A DNA stretch of 24,000 nt from Steroidobacteraceae bacterium (GTDB lineage: Bacteria > Pseudomonadota > Gammaproteobacteria > Steroidobacterales > Steroidobacteraceae): positions 23,978 through 47,977 of the forward strand of contig DASUHA010000033.1 of assembly GCA_036273735.1 (NCBI GenBank). Reading direction: 5' to 3'. A program made the translations under genes and the position numbers. Shown piece by piece: positions 1 to 8,567 of this stretch (its first letter is position 1; each line of letters starts with the position of its first letter). The notes beneath the pieces are model-generated. The model saw nothing but the letters and a program-made list of their open reading frames with translations, was not told where the DNA came from and did not search any database.

Positions 1-2
1 AG

Positions 3-965
3 GCTCAGGGGCTTCCTGCCAGCCTGCGCTTTCGGGTTCCCACCGGGCGGCACATCGAGTTCGTCGATCTGGTCCACGGCGCGCAGAGCTTCCTCTCGGA
101 CGACATCGGGGACTTCATCATCCGACGCGCGGAGGGCACGGCGTCGTTTTTCTTTTCCAATGCTGTCGATGATGCCTGCATGGGTGTCACGCAGGTACTG
201 CGCGGCGAAGATCATCTGGCCAACACTCCGCGACAGCTTCTGATCCTCGAAGCGCTGCAGCTGCGTGCACCGGGCTATGGCCACGTCTCACTCATTCTCG
301 GCTCCGACGGCGCACCGCTTTCCAAGCGGCACGGCGCGACGAGCGTCCGCGAGTATCGCGACAGGGGTTATCGACCCGAGGCACTTCTCAACCACCTCTT
401 TCGCCTCGGGCACTCGAGCGGCGAGCACGATCTGCTCGATCTTCAGGCCATGGCGCGTGCCTTCGATCCGGGACATCTCGGACGTGCGTCGGCGCACTTC
501 GATGCGCAACAGCTGCACGTGTGGCAGAAGGAGGCTGCACATCGCCTGTCGGTGAACGACGCGCTCGTCTGGCTCGCACCGGTGCTGCCGGCCGGTCTCA
601 GCGAACACGCCGCGAGCGCCTTCGTCGCCGCGATCCTGCCGAACGTGGTATTGCCGCAGGATGCGCAGCCGTGGGTGCGGATCGTCTTCGGCCCACCTCC
701 CGAGCTCGAGGGCGATGCCGGGGAGATCGTGACCAAGGCGGGCGGGCGCTACTTTGCAGCCGCGGCGCAGGCCGCGGCGCAGAGCGGCAATGACTTGCCG
801 GCCATCGTCTCCGCGGTCCGCGCCGCGACCGGCAAAAAGGGCGCGGAGCTCTACATGCCCCTGCGTGTCGCGCTCACCGGCCGCAGCCACGGGCCGGAGC
901 TGGCGCCTCTTTTGAAAGCCATGCCTGCCGGCACGGCGCAGGGACGGCTGGCGCGCTTCGCTTAG
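3..965 (+). CDS. gltX: Glutamate--tRNA ligase, 3' part (5' end outside the window)
   Basis: Frame 3 is open from base 3 and encodes ...[66 protein letters not shown]...[11 protein letters not shown]..., including the KMSKS-equivalent PLSKRHG. TAG at 963-965. The ORF track starts at an internal ATG (180). Confidence 0.93.
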   Translation, partial: AQGLPASLRFRVPTGRHIEFVDLVHGAQSFLSDDIGDFIIRRAEGTASFFFSNAVDDACMGVTQVLRGEDHLANTPRQLLILEALQLRAPGYGHVSLILGSDGAPLSKRHGATSVREYRDRGYRPEALLNHLFRLGHSSGEHDLLDLQAMARAFDPGHLGRASAHFDAQQLHVWQKEAAHRLSVNDALVWLAPVLPAGLSEHAASAFVAAILPNVVLPQDAQPWVRIVFGPPPELEGDAGEIVTKAGGRYFAAAAQAAAQSGNDLPAIVSAVRAATGKKGAELYMPLRVALTGRSHGPELAPLLKAMPAGTAQGRLARFA

Positions 966-988
966 ATTCCCTTCACGGCTCAGATGAC

Positions 989-2413
989 ATGATCCGCATC
1001 CACAACTCACTCACCGGAGAGAAGCAGCCGCTCGCCCCCATAACGCCCGGCGAGGTCCGCATGTATGTATGCGGCCTGACGGTGTACGACTTCATGCACA
1101 TCGGACATGCACGCATGATGATCGTGTTCGATGTGGTCAACCGCTATTTGCGTTACCACGGATATCAGGTCACGTACGTCCGCAACATCACGGACATCGA
1201 TGACAAGATCATCAGGCGGGCGGCCGAGAACGCCGAGCCGATCGACGCCCTGACGGGGCGTTTCATTGCCGCGATGCATCAGGACTGCGATGAGCTCGGG
1301 GTTGCTCGGCCGGATCACGAGCCGCGCGCCACGCAATACGTGCCCGCCATCATCGCGATGGTGGAGAAGCTCGTCGCGAGTGGCTACGCCTACGCGGCGC
1401 CGAACGGTGATGTGATGTACGCGGTCGCGAAGTTCGATGGCTACGGCCGACTCTCGGGCAAGCGCCTCGCGGACCTGCGCGCCGGCGCCCGCGTCGAGAT
1501 CGACGAGTCCAAGCGCGACCCGCTCGACTTCGTGCTCTGGAAGCATGCCAAGCCCGGCGAGCCCGCATGGGATTCGCCGTGGGGGAAGGGTCGGCCGGGG
1601 TGGCACATCGAGTGCTCGGCCATGTCGGTGGCGCTCCTCGGCTCGCACTTCGACATCCACGGCGGTGGCCTCGATCTCAAGTTCCCGCACCACGAGAACG
1701 AGATCGCGCAGACCTGCGCCGCGACCGGCGACCGCTTCGCCGAGATCTGGATGCACAACGGCTTCGTCAACATCGACAACGAGAAGATGTCGAAGTCGCT
1801 CGGCAACTTCTTCACCGTGCGCGAGGTGTTGGAGAAGGCGGTGCGACACCCGCAGGTGTTGCGCTACTTCGTGCTGTCGAGCCACTACCGCGGACCCATC
1901 AACTATTCGCTCGAGCAGCTCGAGCAGGCGGATGCGGCCCTCGGCCGCATCATGACTGCGCTGCGCGACCTGCCGCAGTCGCCGGCGCCGACGTCCGAAT
2001 ACCTCGGCCGCTTTCAGGAGGCGATGGACGACGATTTCAACACGCCGGAAGCCGTTGCAGTCCTACAGACTCTGACTCGCGAGATCAATACGGCGAAGAG
2101 CGCAGGGAATGAGGCGCGCGCTGCGGCTCTCGGCGCGGAGCTGCGCTCGCTGGCGGGCGTGCTCGGGCTGACGGTTACTCCAAAGGAGTGGTTTTCGCTT
2201 GGCACGAAGCTCGTCGCCCAGGGGGGCGATAGGGTCGTCGCGGACGTGACGGCGCTTGGGGATGCCGAGATCGCGCAGCGCATCGAGGCACGGATTGCCG
2301 CGCGCAAGGCTAAGAATTGGGCTGAGTCCGACCGCATCCGCGAGGAGCTCGCGGCGGCCGGCGTCATCCTCGAGGACAAGCCCGGCGGCAAGACGGAGTG
2401 GCGGCGCGCCTGA
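989..2413 (+). CDS. cysS: Cysteine--tRNA ligase
   Basis: 474 aa; [44 protein letters not shown] and KMSKSLGN motifs. Confidence 0.98.
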   Translation: MIRIHNSLTGEKQPLAPITPGEVRMYVCGLTVYDFMHIGHARMMIVFDVVNRYLRYHGYQVTYVRNITDIDDKIIRRAAENAEPIDALTGRFIAAMHQDCDELGVARPDHEPRATQYVPAIIAMVEKLVASGYAYAAPNGDVMYAVAKFDGYGRLSGKRLADLRAGARVEIDESKRDPLDFVLWKHAKPGEPAWDSPWGKGRPGWHIECSAMSVALLGSHFDIHGGGLDLKFPHHENEIAQTCAATGDRFAEIWMHNGFVNIDNEKMSKSLGNFFTVREVLEKAVRHPQVLRYFVLSSHYRGPINYSLEQLEQADAALGRIMTALRDLPQSPAPTSEYLGRFQEAMDDDFNTPEAVAVLQTLTREINTAKSAGNEARAAALGAELRSLAGVLGLTVTPKEWFSLGTKLVAQGGDRVVADVTALGDAEIAQRIEARIAARKAKNWAESDRIREELAAAGVILEDKPGGKTEWRRA

Positions 2414-2443
2414 GTGGCGGTTCGCCTGAGTGGCGGCGCGCCT
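2396..2443 (+). repeat. Three tandem copies of a 16-bp unit GAGTGGCGGcgCGCCT spanning the cysS stop codon
   Basis: 2396-2411 gagtggcggcgcgcct; 2412-2427 gagtggcggttcgcct; 2428-2443 gagtggcggcgcgcct, followed by a partial gag. Only two bases differ, in the middle copy. Confidence 0.9.
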
Positions 2444-2459
2444 GAGCCCGGCGCGCCAG

Positions 2460-3323
2460 CTATCTTCCCGAATCCTCGCGGCGGTGATAGGCCTCCAGGG
2501 TGTTGTACATCAGCATGGCTACGGTCATGGGCCCCACGCCCCCCGGCACCGGCGTGATCCAGCCCGCGCGCTCCCGCGCCGCCTCGAACTGCACATCGCC
2601 CACGAGGTGCCCATTGTCGAGCCGGTTCATGCCGACGTCGATCACCATGGCGCCGGGCTTGATCCACTCGCCCGGGACGAGCCCGGGCTTGCCGACGGCG
2701 ACGACCAGGATGTCGGCCTGGCGCACGTAGGTGTCGAGGCCGGCCGTGAATCGGTGGCAGACGGTCGTGGTCGCTCCCATGAGAAGCAGCTCGAGCGACA
2801 TCGGCCTCCCGACGATGTTGGAAGCGCCGACCACGACGGCATGCTGCCCTTTGAATGGCGCGCCCACGCGCTCCAGGAGCCGGATGACTCCGTAGGGCGT
2901 GCAGGGACGCATCACCGGAATGCGTTGCGCCAAGCGTCCAACGTTGTACGGATGGAAACCGTCGACGTCCTTTGCCGGATCGATTTTCTCGATGACCGCG
3001 GTCTGCTGGATCTGCGCGGGCAGCGGCAGTTGCACCAGAATTCCGTCGACGCTCGCGTCACGATTGAGGTCATCGACCAGCCCGAGCAGGGCGGCTTCCG
3101 AGGTGGAGTCGCTCAAGTCGTGCGCCACCGAGAGGATGCCGACTTCCTCGCACGCCTTGCGCTTGTTGCGCACGTAGACCTCGGAGGCCGGATCGTCCCC
3201 CACCTTGACCACGGCAAGGGCCGGGCGCCGGTTGCCGCGGGCAAGGGCAGCGTCGATCCTGCGGCGGACCTGATTTTTGACCTCGACCGCCAGCCCGCGG
3301 CCATCGATCAACTGCGCCGTCAT
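2460..3323 (-). CDS. folD: Bifunctional methylenetetrahydrofolate dehydrogenase / methenyltetrahydrofolate cyclohydrolase
   Basis: Starts [23 protein letters not shown]; [52 protein letters not shown] and [15 protein letters not shown] motifs. The ORF track extends 52 aa upstream through the antisense of a tRNA gene, which is not part of FolD. Confidence 0.96.
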   Translation of the reverse strand: MTAQLIDGRGLAVEVKNQVRRRIDAALARGNRRPALAVVKVGDDPASEVYVRNKRKACEEVGILSVAHDLSDSTSEAALLGLVDDLNRDASVDGILVQLPLPAQIQQTAVIEKIDPAKDVDGFHPYNVGRLAQRIPVMRPCTPYGVIRLLERVGAPFKGQHAVVVGASNIVGRPMSLELLLMGATTTVCHRFTAGLDTYVRQADILVVAVGKPGLVPGEWIKPGAMVIDVGMNRLDNGHLVGDVQFEAARERAGWITPVPGGVGPMTVAMLMYNTLEAYHRREDSGR

Positions 3324-3347
3324 CTCTGGTGTTCCACTTCCGACCCT

Positions 3348-3375
3348 TTGAGGGGCGCGCATTCTCGCATATGAT
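3348..3375 (+). promoter_or_regulatory. Putative sigma70-type promoter for tRNA-Pro
   Basis: TTGAGG (3348-3353), 16-bp spacer, TATGAT (3370-3375), with the tRNA starting 27 nt downstream. Confidence 0.5.
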
Positions 3376-3401
3376 GCCGCGGCCGATTCCGCTGATCCGG
3401 C

Positions 3402-3478
3402 CGGGGCATGGCGCAGTTTGGTAGCGCATCTGCTTTGGGAGCAGAGGGTCGCCGGTTCGAGTCCGGCTGCCCCGACCA
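3402..3478 (+). tRNA. tRNA-Pro (anticodon TGG), CCA encoded
   Basis: CGGGGCA...TGCCCCG acceptor stem, CTGCTTTGGGAGCAG anticodon arm, GCCGGTTCGAGTCCGGC T-arm, A discriminator plus CCA. Confidence 0.95.
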
Positions 3479-3582
3479 TCTCTTTTCAGTCTCCTTCCCT
3501 CTTCAATCCGGCCTCCAGGGCCTGGCCCGCGCTCAGCGGGACCTTGGCCTGTGCGCCTAAACTTGCCAAAGCAAAGGAAGCC

Positions 3583-3611
3583 TTGACAAAGGCAGCCTAG
3601 GCAAATATATT
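3583..3611 (+). promoter_or_regulatory. Putative sigma70-type promoter of the marR-family gene, with a palindromic operator in the spacer
   Basis: TTGACA (3583-3588), 17-bp spacer, TATATT (3606-3611). Palindrome GCCTAGGC at 3595-3602. Confidence 0.6.
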
Positions 3612-3652
3612 GCGCCCATCTCCCATCAGGGGGATTTTCTCGGAGAGCGATC

Positions 3653-4120
3653 TTGGTGAGCATCTACGACAGCGAAAACTACGAGCCCTGCAGGAGCGTG
3701 GCTCACCTGGTAGGCCAGGTGCGGACGGAGCTGCTGGCCGCTCTGGATCGGGAGCTGACGGCGGACAAGCACGTTGCCGACATTGGCGTGACCTCCGCGC
3801 AGTTCATCGTGATGGCGCGGCTTGCGGCGGCGGAGCGCAAAAAGTCCGCTTCCGATCTCTGCAAGGAGATGTCGTACGACGCCGGCGCCATGACTCGCAT
3901 GATCGACCGGCTGGAGAGCAAGGGTCTCATTCGCCGGGCCCGGTGCCCGCAGGACCGGAGGCTCGTGTACCTCGAGATGACCGACCAGGGGCGCTCCGCC
4001 TATCCGCGCCTGCGGGAGATCTCGATGGCGATTCAGAATCGGTTTCTGCGCGGATTCAGCCGCACGGATACCCGTCAGCTCGAGGGCTTGCTCGGGCGGA
4101 TGTTGGAGAACGCCGCCTGA
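3653..4120 (+). CDS. MarR-family transcriptional regulator
   Basis: 155 aa winged-helix: VTSAQFIVMARLAAAERKKSASDLCKEMSYDAGAMTRMIDRLESKGLIRRARCPQDRRLVYLEMTDQG. Start is TTG 3653 or GTG 3656. Located just upstream of an emrAB-like pair. Confidence 0.93.
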   Translation: MVSIYDSENYEPCRSVAHLVGQVRTELLAALDRELTADKHVADIGVTSAQFIVMARLAAAERKKSASDLCKEMSYDAGAMTRMIDRLESKGLIRRARCPQDRRLVYLEMTDQGRSAYPRLREISMAIQNRFLRGFSRTDTRQLEGLLGRMLENAA

Positions 4121-4154
4121 GGGCGTGAACGCTTTTTTTTGGCGAGGAAAACCT

Positions 4155-4162
4155 GCCTAGGC
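4155..4162. promoter_or_regulatory. Second copy of the GCCTAGGC palindrome (TGCCTAGGCA, 4154-4163) upstream of emrA-like gene
   Basis: Exact match to 3595-3602, and both copies are followed by AT-rich sequence (CAAATATATT versus CATATTTA). A possible promoter is TTGGCG (4139-4144), 17 bp, CATATT (4162-4167). Confidence 0.5.
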
Positions 4163-4206
4163 ATATTTAGCCATGGCAGTGAGATAGAGAGAACTGGGAG
4201 ACTGAC

Positions 4207-5478
4207 ATGACGACCCGCGACGAAACTGCAAAAACTTCGGCCTGGAAGAGCCCCAGGGTGCGCTGGCTTGTGCTCGTTCTCGGGGGCTTCCTCGTTCTCG
4301 GCGCCGCCTGGGGCGTCTACTGGGATCGCGACCTGCGCTACTCCGTCTACACGGATGATGCGTACGTCAGCGGCAACGTCGTGCAGATCACACCACAGAT
4401 CGCCGGCACGGTGGTGGCGATCGGCGCCGACAACACGCAGTTCGTGAAGGCCGGGCAGCCGCTGGTGCGCCTGGATCCCGCGGACGCCAAGGTTGCTCTG
4501 CAGCAGTCGGAGGCAGGGCTCGCGAAGACGGTGCGTCAGGTCCGCAACCTCTTCGCAACCACCTCGGAGCTGCAGGCGAACGTCGAGGTCCGCCGGACGG
4601 ACCTCGCCAAGGCGCAGAGTGACTACGATCGTCGTGCGCGCCTGGAGCGCAGTGGCGCGATTTCGCTGGAAGAGCTGCAGCACGCTGGTGATGCCGTGAA
4701 ATCGGCACAGGCGGCGTTGCTGGCCGCGCAGCAGCAGATGGCTGCCGACCGCGCCTTGATCGACGGTACGACTATCCAGAGCAACCCTGCTGTTCGCGAC
4801 GCCGCGGCGGCCGTGCATGCCGCTTACCTCAACTACGCCCGTACGGTGCTGCCAGCACCCGTCTCCGGGTTCGTTGCCCGTCGCGACGTGCAGCTCGGCG
4901 AGCGCGTTAATACCGGAACGCCGCTGATGGCAGTGGTGCCGCTGAACGAGGTCTGGGTCGATGCCAACTTCAAGGAGTCGCAGCTGCAGTCCATGCGCGT
5001 CGGCCAGCCCGTCTCACTGACTTCCGACCTCTACGGCGGCGGTGTCGTGTTCCATGGCCACGTGGTCGGCTTCGGCGCCGGGACCGGGTCGGCCTTCTCG
5101 CTGCTGCCGGCTCAGAATGCCACCGGCAACTGGATCAAGATCGTACAGCGAGTGCCGGTGCGCGTGGCGCTCGACCCGCAGGAGCTCGCACAGCATCCGT
5201 TGCAGATTGGCCTCTCGATGAAGGCTTACGTCGACGTGCACGACGACAACGGCCAGCGGCTGCCCCAGGTCGCCGTCAACGAGCGTGACTACTCGACGGA
5301 TGTCTTCCAGTCCGTTGCGGCGCAGGCGGATTCGACGGTGCAGCAGATTATCTCGGCGAATGCCCCGGTGGCGGGGCGAGCGAGCGCCGGTCATCGGTAT
5401 GCGGCCCGGCTGAGTGGTGGACCGACGGTACTCGCCGCGCCTGCCCGCGCCACACTGCCGGTGGCGCTGAGCGAATAG
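4207..5478 (+). CDS. emrA: EmrA/HlyD-type membrane fusion protein of a multidrug efflux system
   Basis: N-terminal TM segment (LVLVLGGFLVLGAAWGVYW), YTDDAYVSGNVVQITPQIAGTVVAI, AYLNYARTVLPAPVSGFVARRDVQLGERV, VWVDANFKESQL. Confidence 0.9.
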   Translation: MTTRDETAKTSAWKSPRVRWLVLVLGGFLVLGAAWGVYWDRDLRYSVYTDDAYVSGNVVQITPQIAGTVVAIGADNTQFVKAGQPLVRLDPADAKVALQQSEAGLAKTVRQVRNLFATTSELQANVEVRRTDLAKAQSDYDRRARLERSGAISLEELQHAGDAVKSAQAALLAAQQQMAADRALIDGTTIQSNPAVRDAAAAVHAAYLNYARTVLPAPVSGFVARRDVQLGERVNTGTPLMAVVPLNEVWVDANFKESQLQSMRVGQPVSLTSDLYGGGVVFHGHVVGFGAGTGSAFSLLPAQNATGNWIKIVQRVPVRVALDPQELAQHPLQIGLSMKAYVDVHDDNGQRLPQVAVNERDYSTDVFQSVAAQADSTVQQIISANAPVAGRASAGHRYAARLSGGPTVLAAPARATLPVALSE

Positions 5479-5520
5479 CCTCGCGGGTCTGCGGAAGCGG
5501 TCTCACTTGAGGGTTCCAAC

Positions 5521-7137
5521 ATGAGCGCAGTCATTCGGGAAGAGCAGGACATGCCGCCGCAGCCGAAGCCCGCGGCGGTGACCCCGGCGCCGAAGTCGGA
5601 CATGCCGTGCCTCAAGGGCTCCGCTCTCGCCCTCGGCACGATCGCGCTGTCGCTCGCGACCTTCATGAACGTGCTCGACACGTCGATCGCGAACGTGGCG
5701 ATTCCTTCCATCGCCGGCGACCTTGGAGTCTCGCCGGATCAGGGAACGTGGGTGATCACCTCGTTCGCGGTTGCCAACGCCATCTCCATGCCGCTCACCG
5801 GCTGGCTCACGCGCCGGATCGGGCAGGTGCGCCTCTTTACCGCCTCGACACTGCTCTTCGTGGTGGCCTCGTTTCTCTGCGGACTCGCGCCCTCGATTGG
5901 AATGCTGGTGGCCTTCCGGGCTCTCCAGGGACTGGTGGCGGGTCCAATGATTCCGCTTTCGCAATCGCTGCTGCTCGCGAGCTATCCGAAGGCCAAGGCG
6001 GGCGCCGCGCTCACGGTATGGTCGATGACCACGTTGGTGGCGCCAGTCGTCGGGCCGGTGCTCGGCGGTTGGATCACCGACAACATCTCCTGGCCCTGGA
6101 TCTTCTACATCAACGTGCCGATCGGCGTCGCCGCCGTCGCCGTGACCTGGGCGATCTACCGGCGCCGCGAGACACCGACTGCGCGCCTGCCGATCGACAA
6201 AGTGGGACTGACGCTGCTCATCGTCTGGGTCGGCGCGATGCAGATCCTGCTCGACAAGGGCAAGAACCTCGACTGGTTCAACTCGCCCGTCATCGTGACG
6301 CTCGCCATCATCGCGGTGGTCGGCTTCGCCGTCTTCATGATCTGGGAGCTGACCGACAAGCATCCGATCGTCGACCTGAGCCTCTTCCGCGGCCGGAATT
6401 TCTCCGTGAGCACCGTGGCGATGCTCGTCGGCTACGGCCTTTACTTCGGCAACGTGGTGCTGCTGCCGCTCTGGCTGCAGCAATACATGGGCTACACCGC
6501 GACGCTCGCCGGGGTCGTGCTGGCACCGGTCGGCGTGCTGGCGATCCTGCTCATGCCGGTGGTGGGGCGCTTCCTCTCCCGCACCGACCCGCGCTGGATC
6601 GTCACCGTGTCGTTCCTGGTCTTTGGCCTCGTGATGTTCCAGCGCTCCTGGTTCAACACGCAGGCGGACATCCGCACACTGCTGGTGCCGACCCTCATTC
6701 AGGGTGTGGCCTTGGCGACGTTCTTCGTCCCGCTGCTCACGCTGGGCTTCTCGGGGCTCTCCGCGGATCGAATTCCTGCAGCCTCGGGGCTCATGAACTT
6801 CGCGCGCATCACCGCGGGGTCATTCGCGACATCCATCACCACCACGCTCTGGGACAGGCGCGCGACGCTGCACCATGCGCAGTTGGTGGAGCACCTGATC
6901 GGCTCCAACGCCTCGATGACGCAGGCCCTGGGACAGCTGCACGCCGATGGCCTGACGAGCCAGCAGGGCTATGCGCTGCTCAACAACCTGGTCGACAACC
7001 AGGCCTACATGCTCTCGGCCAACGACATCTTCTACGTGTCGGGATTTCTCTTCGTGGTGCTGGCGGGCCTCGTCTGGCTGGCACGTCCATCGAAGGCCGG
7101 TGGGGCGGGCAAGGAAGCCGCCGCGGGTGCGCACTAA
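5521..7137 (+). CDS. emrB: EmrB/QacA-type MFS multidrug transporter (DHA2, 14 TM)
   Basis: VLDTSIANVAIPSIAGDLGVSPDQGTWVITSFAVANAISMPLTGWLTRRIG...FRALQGLVAGPMIPLSQSLLL...; multiple hydrophobic segments; 42 nt downstream of emrA-like gene. Confidence 0.93.
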   Translation: MSAVIREEQDMPPQPKPAAVTPAPKSDMPCLKGSALALGTIALSLATFMNVLDTSIANVAIPSIAGDLGVSPDQGTWVITSFAVANAISMPLTGWLTRRIGQVRLFTASTLLFVVASFLCGLAPSIGMLVAFRALQGLVAGPMIPLSQSLLLASYPKAKAGAALTVWSMTTLVAPVVGPVLGGWITDNISWPWIFYINVPIGVAAVAVTWAIYRRRETPTARLPIDKVGLTLLIVWVGAMQILLDKGKNLDWFNSPVIVTLAIIAVVGFAVFMIWELTDKHPIVDLSLFRGRNFSVSTVAMLVGYGLYFGNVVLLPLWLQQYMGYTATLAGVVLAPVGVLAILLMPVVGRFLSRTDPRWIVTVSFLVFGLVMFQRSWFNTQADIRTLLVPTLIQGVALATFFVPLLTLGFSGLSADRIPAASGLMNFARITAGSFATSITTTLWDRRATLHHAQLVEHLIGSNASMTQALGQLHADGLTSQQGYALLNNLVDNQAYMLSANDIFYVSGFLFVVLAGLVWLARPSKAGGAGKEAAAGAH

Positions 7138-8567
7138 CCCCGCTTGCTGGCGCACTCAGCGAGCGTCTGGCGCAGCTCGGCGAGCTTCGGCGGCTTGCTG
7201 AGGATGTAATCGACCTGCGGGGCGGTCTCGCCCTCGAGCGGCATGTGCCTGCCCCATCCCGTCAGGAGCACGATGGGCGTGGGCGGAGCGAGCGCCTTGA
7301 TGGCCGCGGAGACTTTGCGGCCGTCGACGTACGGCATGCCGAGATCGGTGATTACCAGGTCGAACGGCCGGCCGGCGCGAAGCGCAGCGGTGAACGTGTC
7401 GATCCCGCCCTGGCCGCCATCGGCGGTCACGACCTCGTGACCATCGGCTTCCAGCGCATCGCGTAGCGACCGGATGAGTAGCGGGTCATCGTCTACGAGC
7501 AGCAGCCGCATTGCGCGTGCAGGAGCATCTGCCACCCGCCGCTCGCGCTCCCCGTCAGGAGCCGGACTGGAGAGCGGGAATATCAGCCGCACGGCCGTCC
7601 CGGCGTTCGGGGCGCTCTCGATTTCCAGCTCCGCGCTGTGCCGCCGGGCCATCCCGTAGACCATGGCGAGACCGAGTCCCGTGCCCCGCTCCCCCTTGGT
7701 GGTGTAGAACGGCTCGAGGCAACGGCGGCGGGTGACCTCGTCCATGCCGTTACCGGTATCGCGCACTTCTATCAGAACGTGCTCGGCAGCCGTGCTGTCG
7801 CTGCGCGAGACGCTGTTGGGCCGCGCCACGGTGCGCAAGGTGAGCGTTCCGCCCTGCGGCATGGCATCCACCGCATTGAACACAAGGTTAGTCAGGGCAT
7901 CGCGGATCTCACTGCCTACACCCATGATCGCCGGTAGCTTGCTGGTAAGCTCGGTACGTACGTGGACGACGACGCCGCGTTGCTGTGGCAGGTCACTCCA
8001 GCGTGCGCGGGTCAGCGCCACGACCTGCTCGACGACTTCATTGAGCTCGACGGGGGCGAGCTGCAGAGTTGACTCGCGCGGACGGTAGAATTCGCGCATG
8101 CGCGCGACGGTGGCGGCGACGTCTTCGATGGCGCGCTGAATAATGGTCATGTATTCGCGTGCGCGCTGGCTCAGGGTCGAGTCGTGCTCCAGCAGGGAGG
8201 CGGTGTAAAGCGCGATGGGAGAGATGGCGTTGTTGATATCGTGCGCAATGCCACTCGCCATCTGCCCGAGCGCCCGCAGGCGCTCCTGTTGGACCAGCCT
8301 CTCCTGGCTCTGTCGCAGCTCCTCATATGCCAGCCGCAGCGCTTCGTGTAAGTGCTGGCGCTCCCGCTCTGCCTTGCGGCGTTCCTCGATCTCCGCCAGG
8401 AGCGCTTGATTCGAGCGCTTGAGCTCATCGATGCCCTGCTCGAGCTCCAGCGCGAGCGCGGCGATCTCCCGGTTGCTCTGCGTCAGCTCGTCCTGCAGGA
8501 GCTGCACCGTGCTCCGCAGCGTCTGGACGTCGTGCTCGGTATCGTGCTCGCCCGCCGGTGCGTTCAC
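7134..8567 (-). CDS. Soluble hybrid sensor histidine kinase with C-terminal receiver domain
   Basis: Coiled-coil-like N-terminus, GQMASGIAHDINNAISPIALYTASLLEH (H-box), FNAVDAMPQGGTLTLRT (N-box), VRDTGNGM, GTGLGLAMVYGM, then the receiver LLLVDDDPLLIRSLRDALEADGHEVVTAD...FDLVITDLGMPYVDG...IVLLTG...LSKPP. No TM segment seen. GTG start overlaps the upstream stop (GTGA). Confidence 0.92.
   Translation of the reverse strand: MNAPAGEHDTEHDVQTLRSTVQLLQDELTQSNREIAALALELEQGIDELKRSNQALLAEIEERRKAERERQHLHEALRLAYEELRQSQERLVQQERLRALGQMASGIAHDINNAISPIALYTASLLEHDSTLSQRAREYMTIIQRAIEDVAATVARMREFYRPRESTLQLAPVELNEVVEQVVALTRARWSDLPQQRGVVVHVRTELTSKLPAIMGVGSEIRDALTNLVFNAVDAMPQGGTLTLRTVARPNSVSRSDSTAAEHVLIEVRDTGNGMDEVTRRRCLEPFYTTKGERGTGLGLAMVYGMARRHSAELEIESAPNAGTAVRLIFPLSSPAPDGERERRVADAPARAMRLLLVDDDPLLIRSLRDALEADGHEVVTADGGQGGIDTFTAALRAGRPFDLVITDLGMPYVDGRKVSAAIKALAPPTPIVLLTGWGRHMPLEGETAPQVDYILSKPPKLAELRQTLAECASKRG

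Noticed and set aside
1007-1885. 292-aa ORF antisense to cysS
   Set aside because: High-GC shadow ORF; the sense strand encodes an unambiguous full-length CysRS.
2430-3374. 314-aa plus ORF opposite folD
   Set aside because: His/Asp/Arg-rich shadow of folD with no recognisable motifs.
3324-3479. 52-aa N-terminal extension of the folD ORF ([26 protein letters not shown]...)
   Set aside because: It is the antisense of the tRNA-Pro gene; the AAGLEPATL-type peptide is a well-known tRNA-antisense artefact. FolD homology starts at MTAQLIDG (3323).
3418-3600. 60-aa [24 protein letters not shown]...
   Set aside because: Translation of the tRNA-Pro gene; spurious.
5503-7466. 619-aa and 326-aa ORFs (5607-7466 +, 5503-6483 -) over emrB
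   Set aside because: Out-of-frame or antisense shadow translations; low-complexity Arg/Ala/His-rich sequence with no family motifs.
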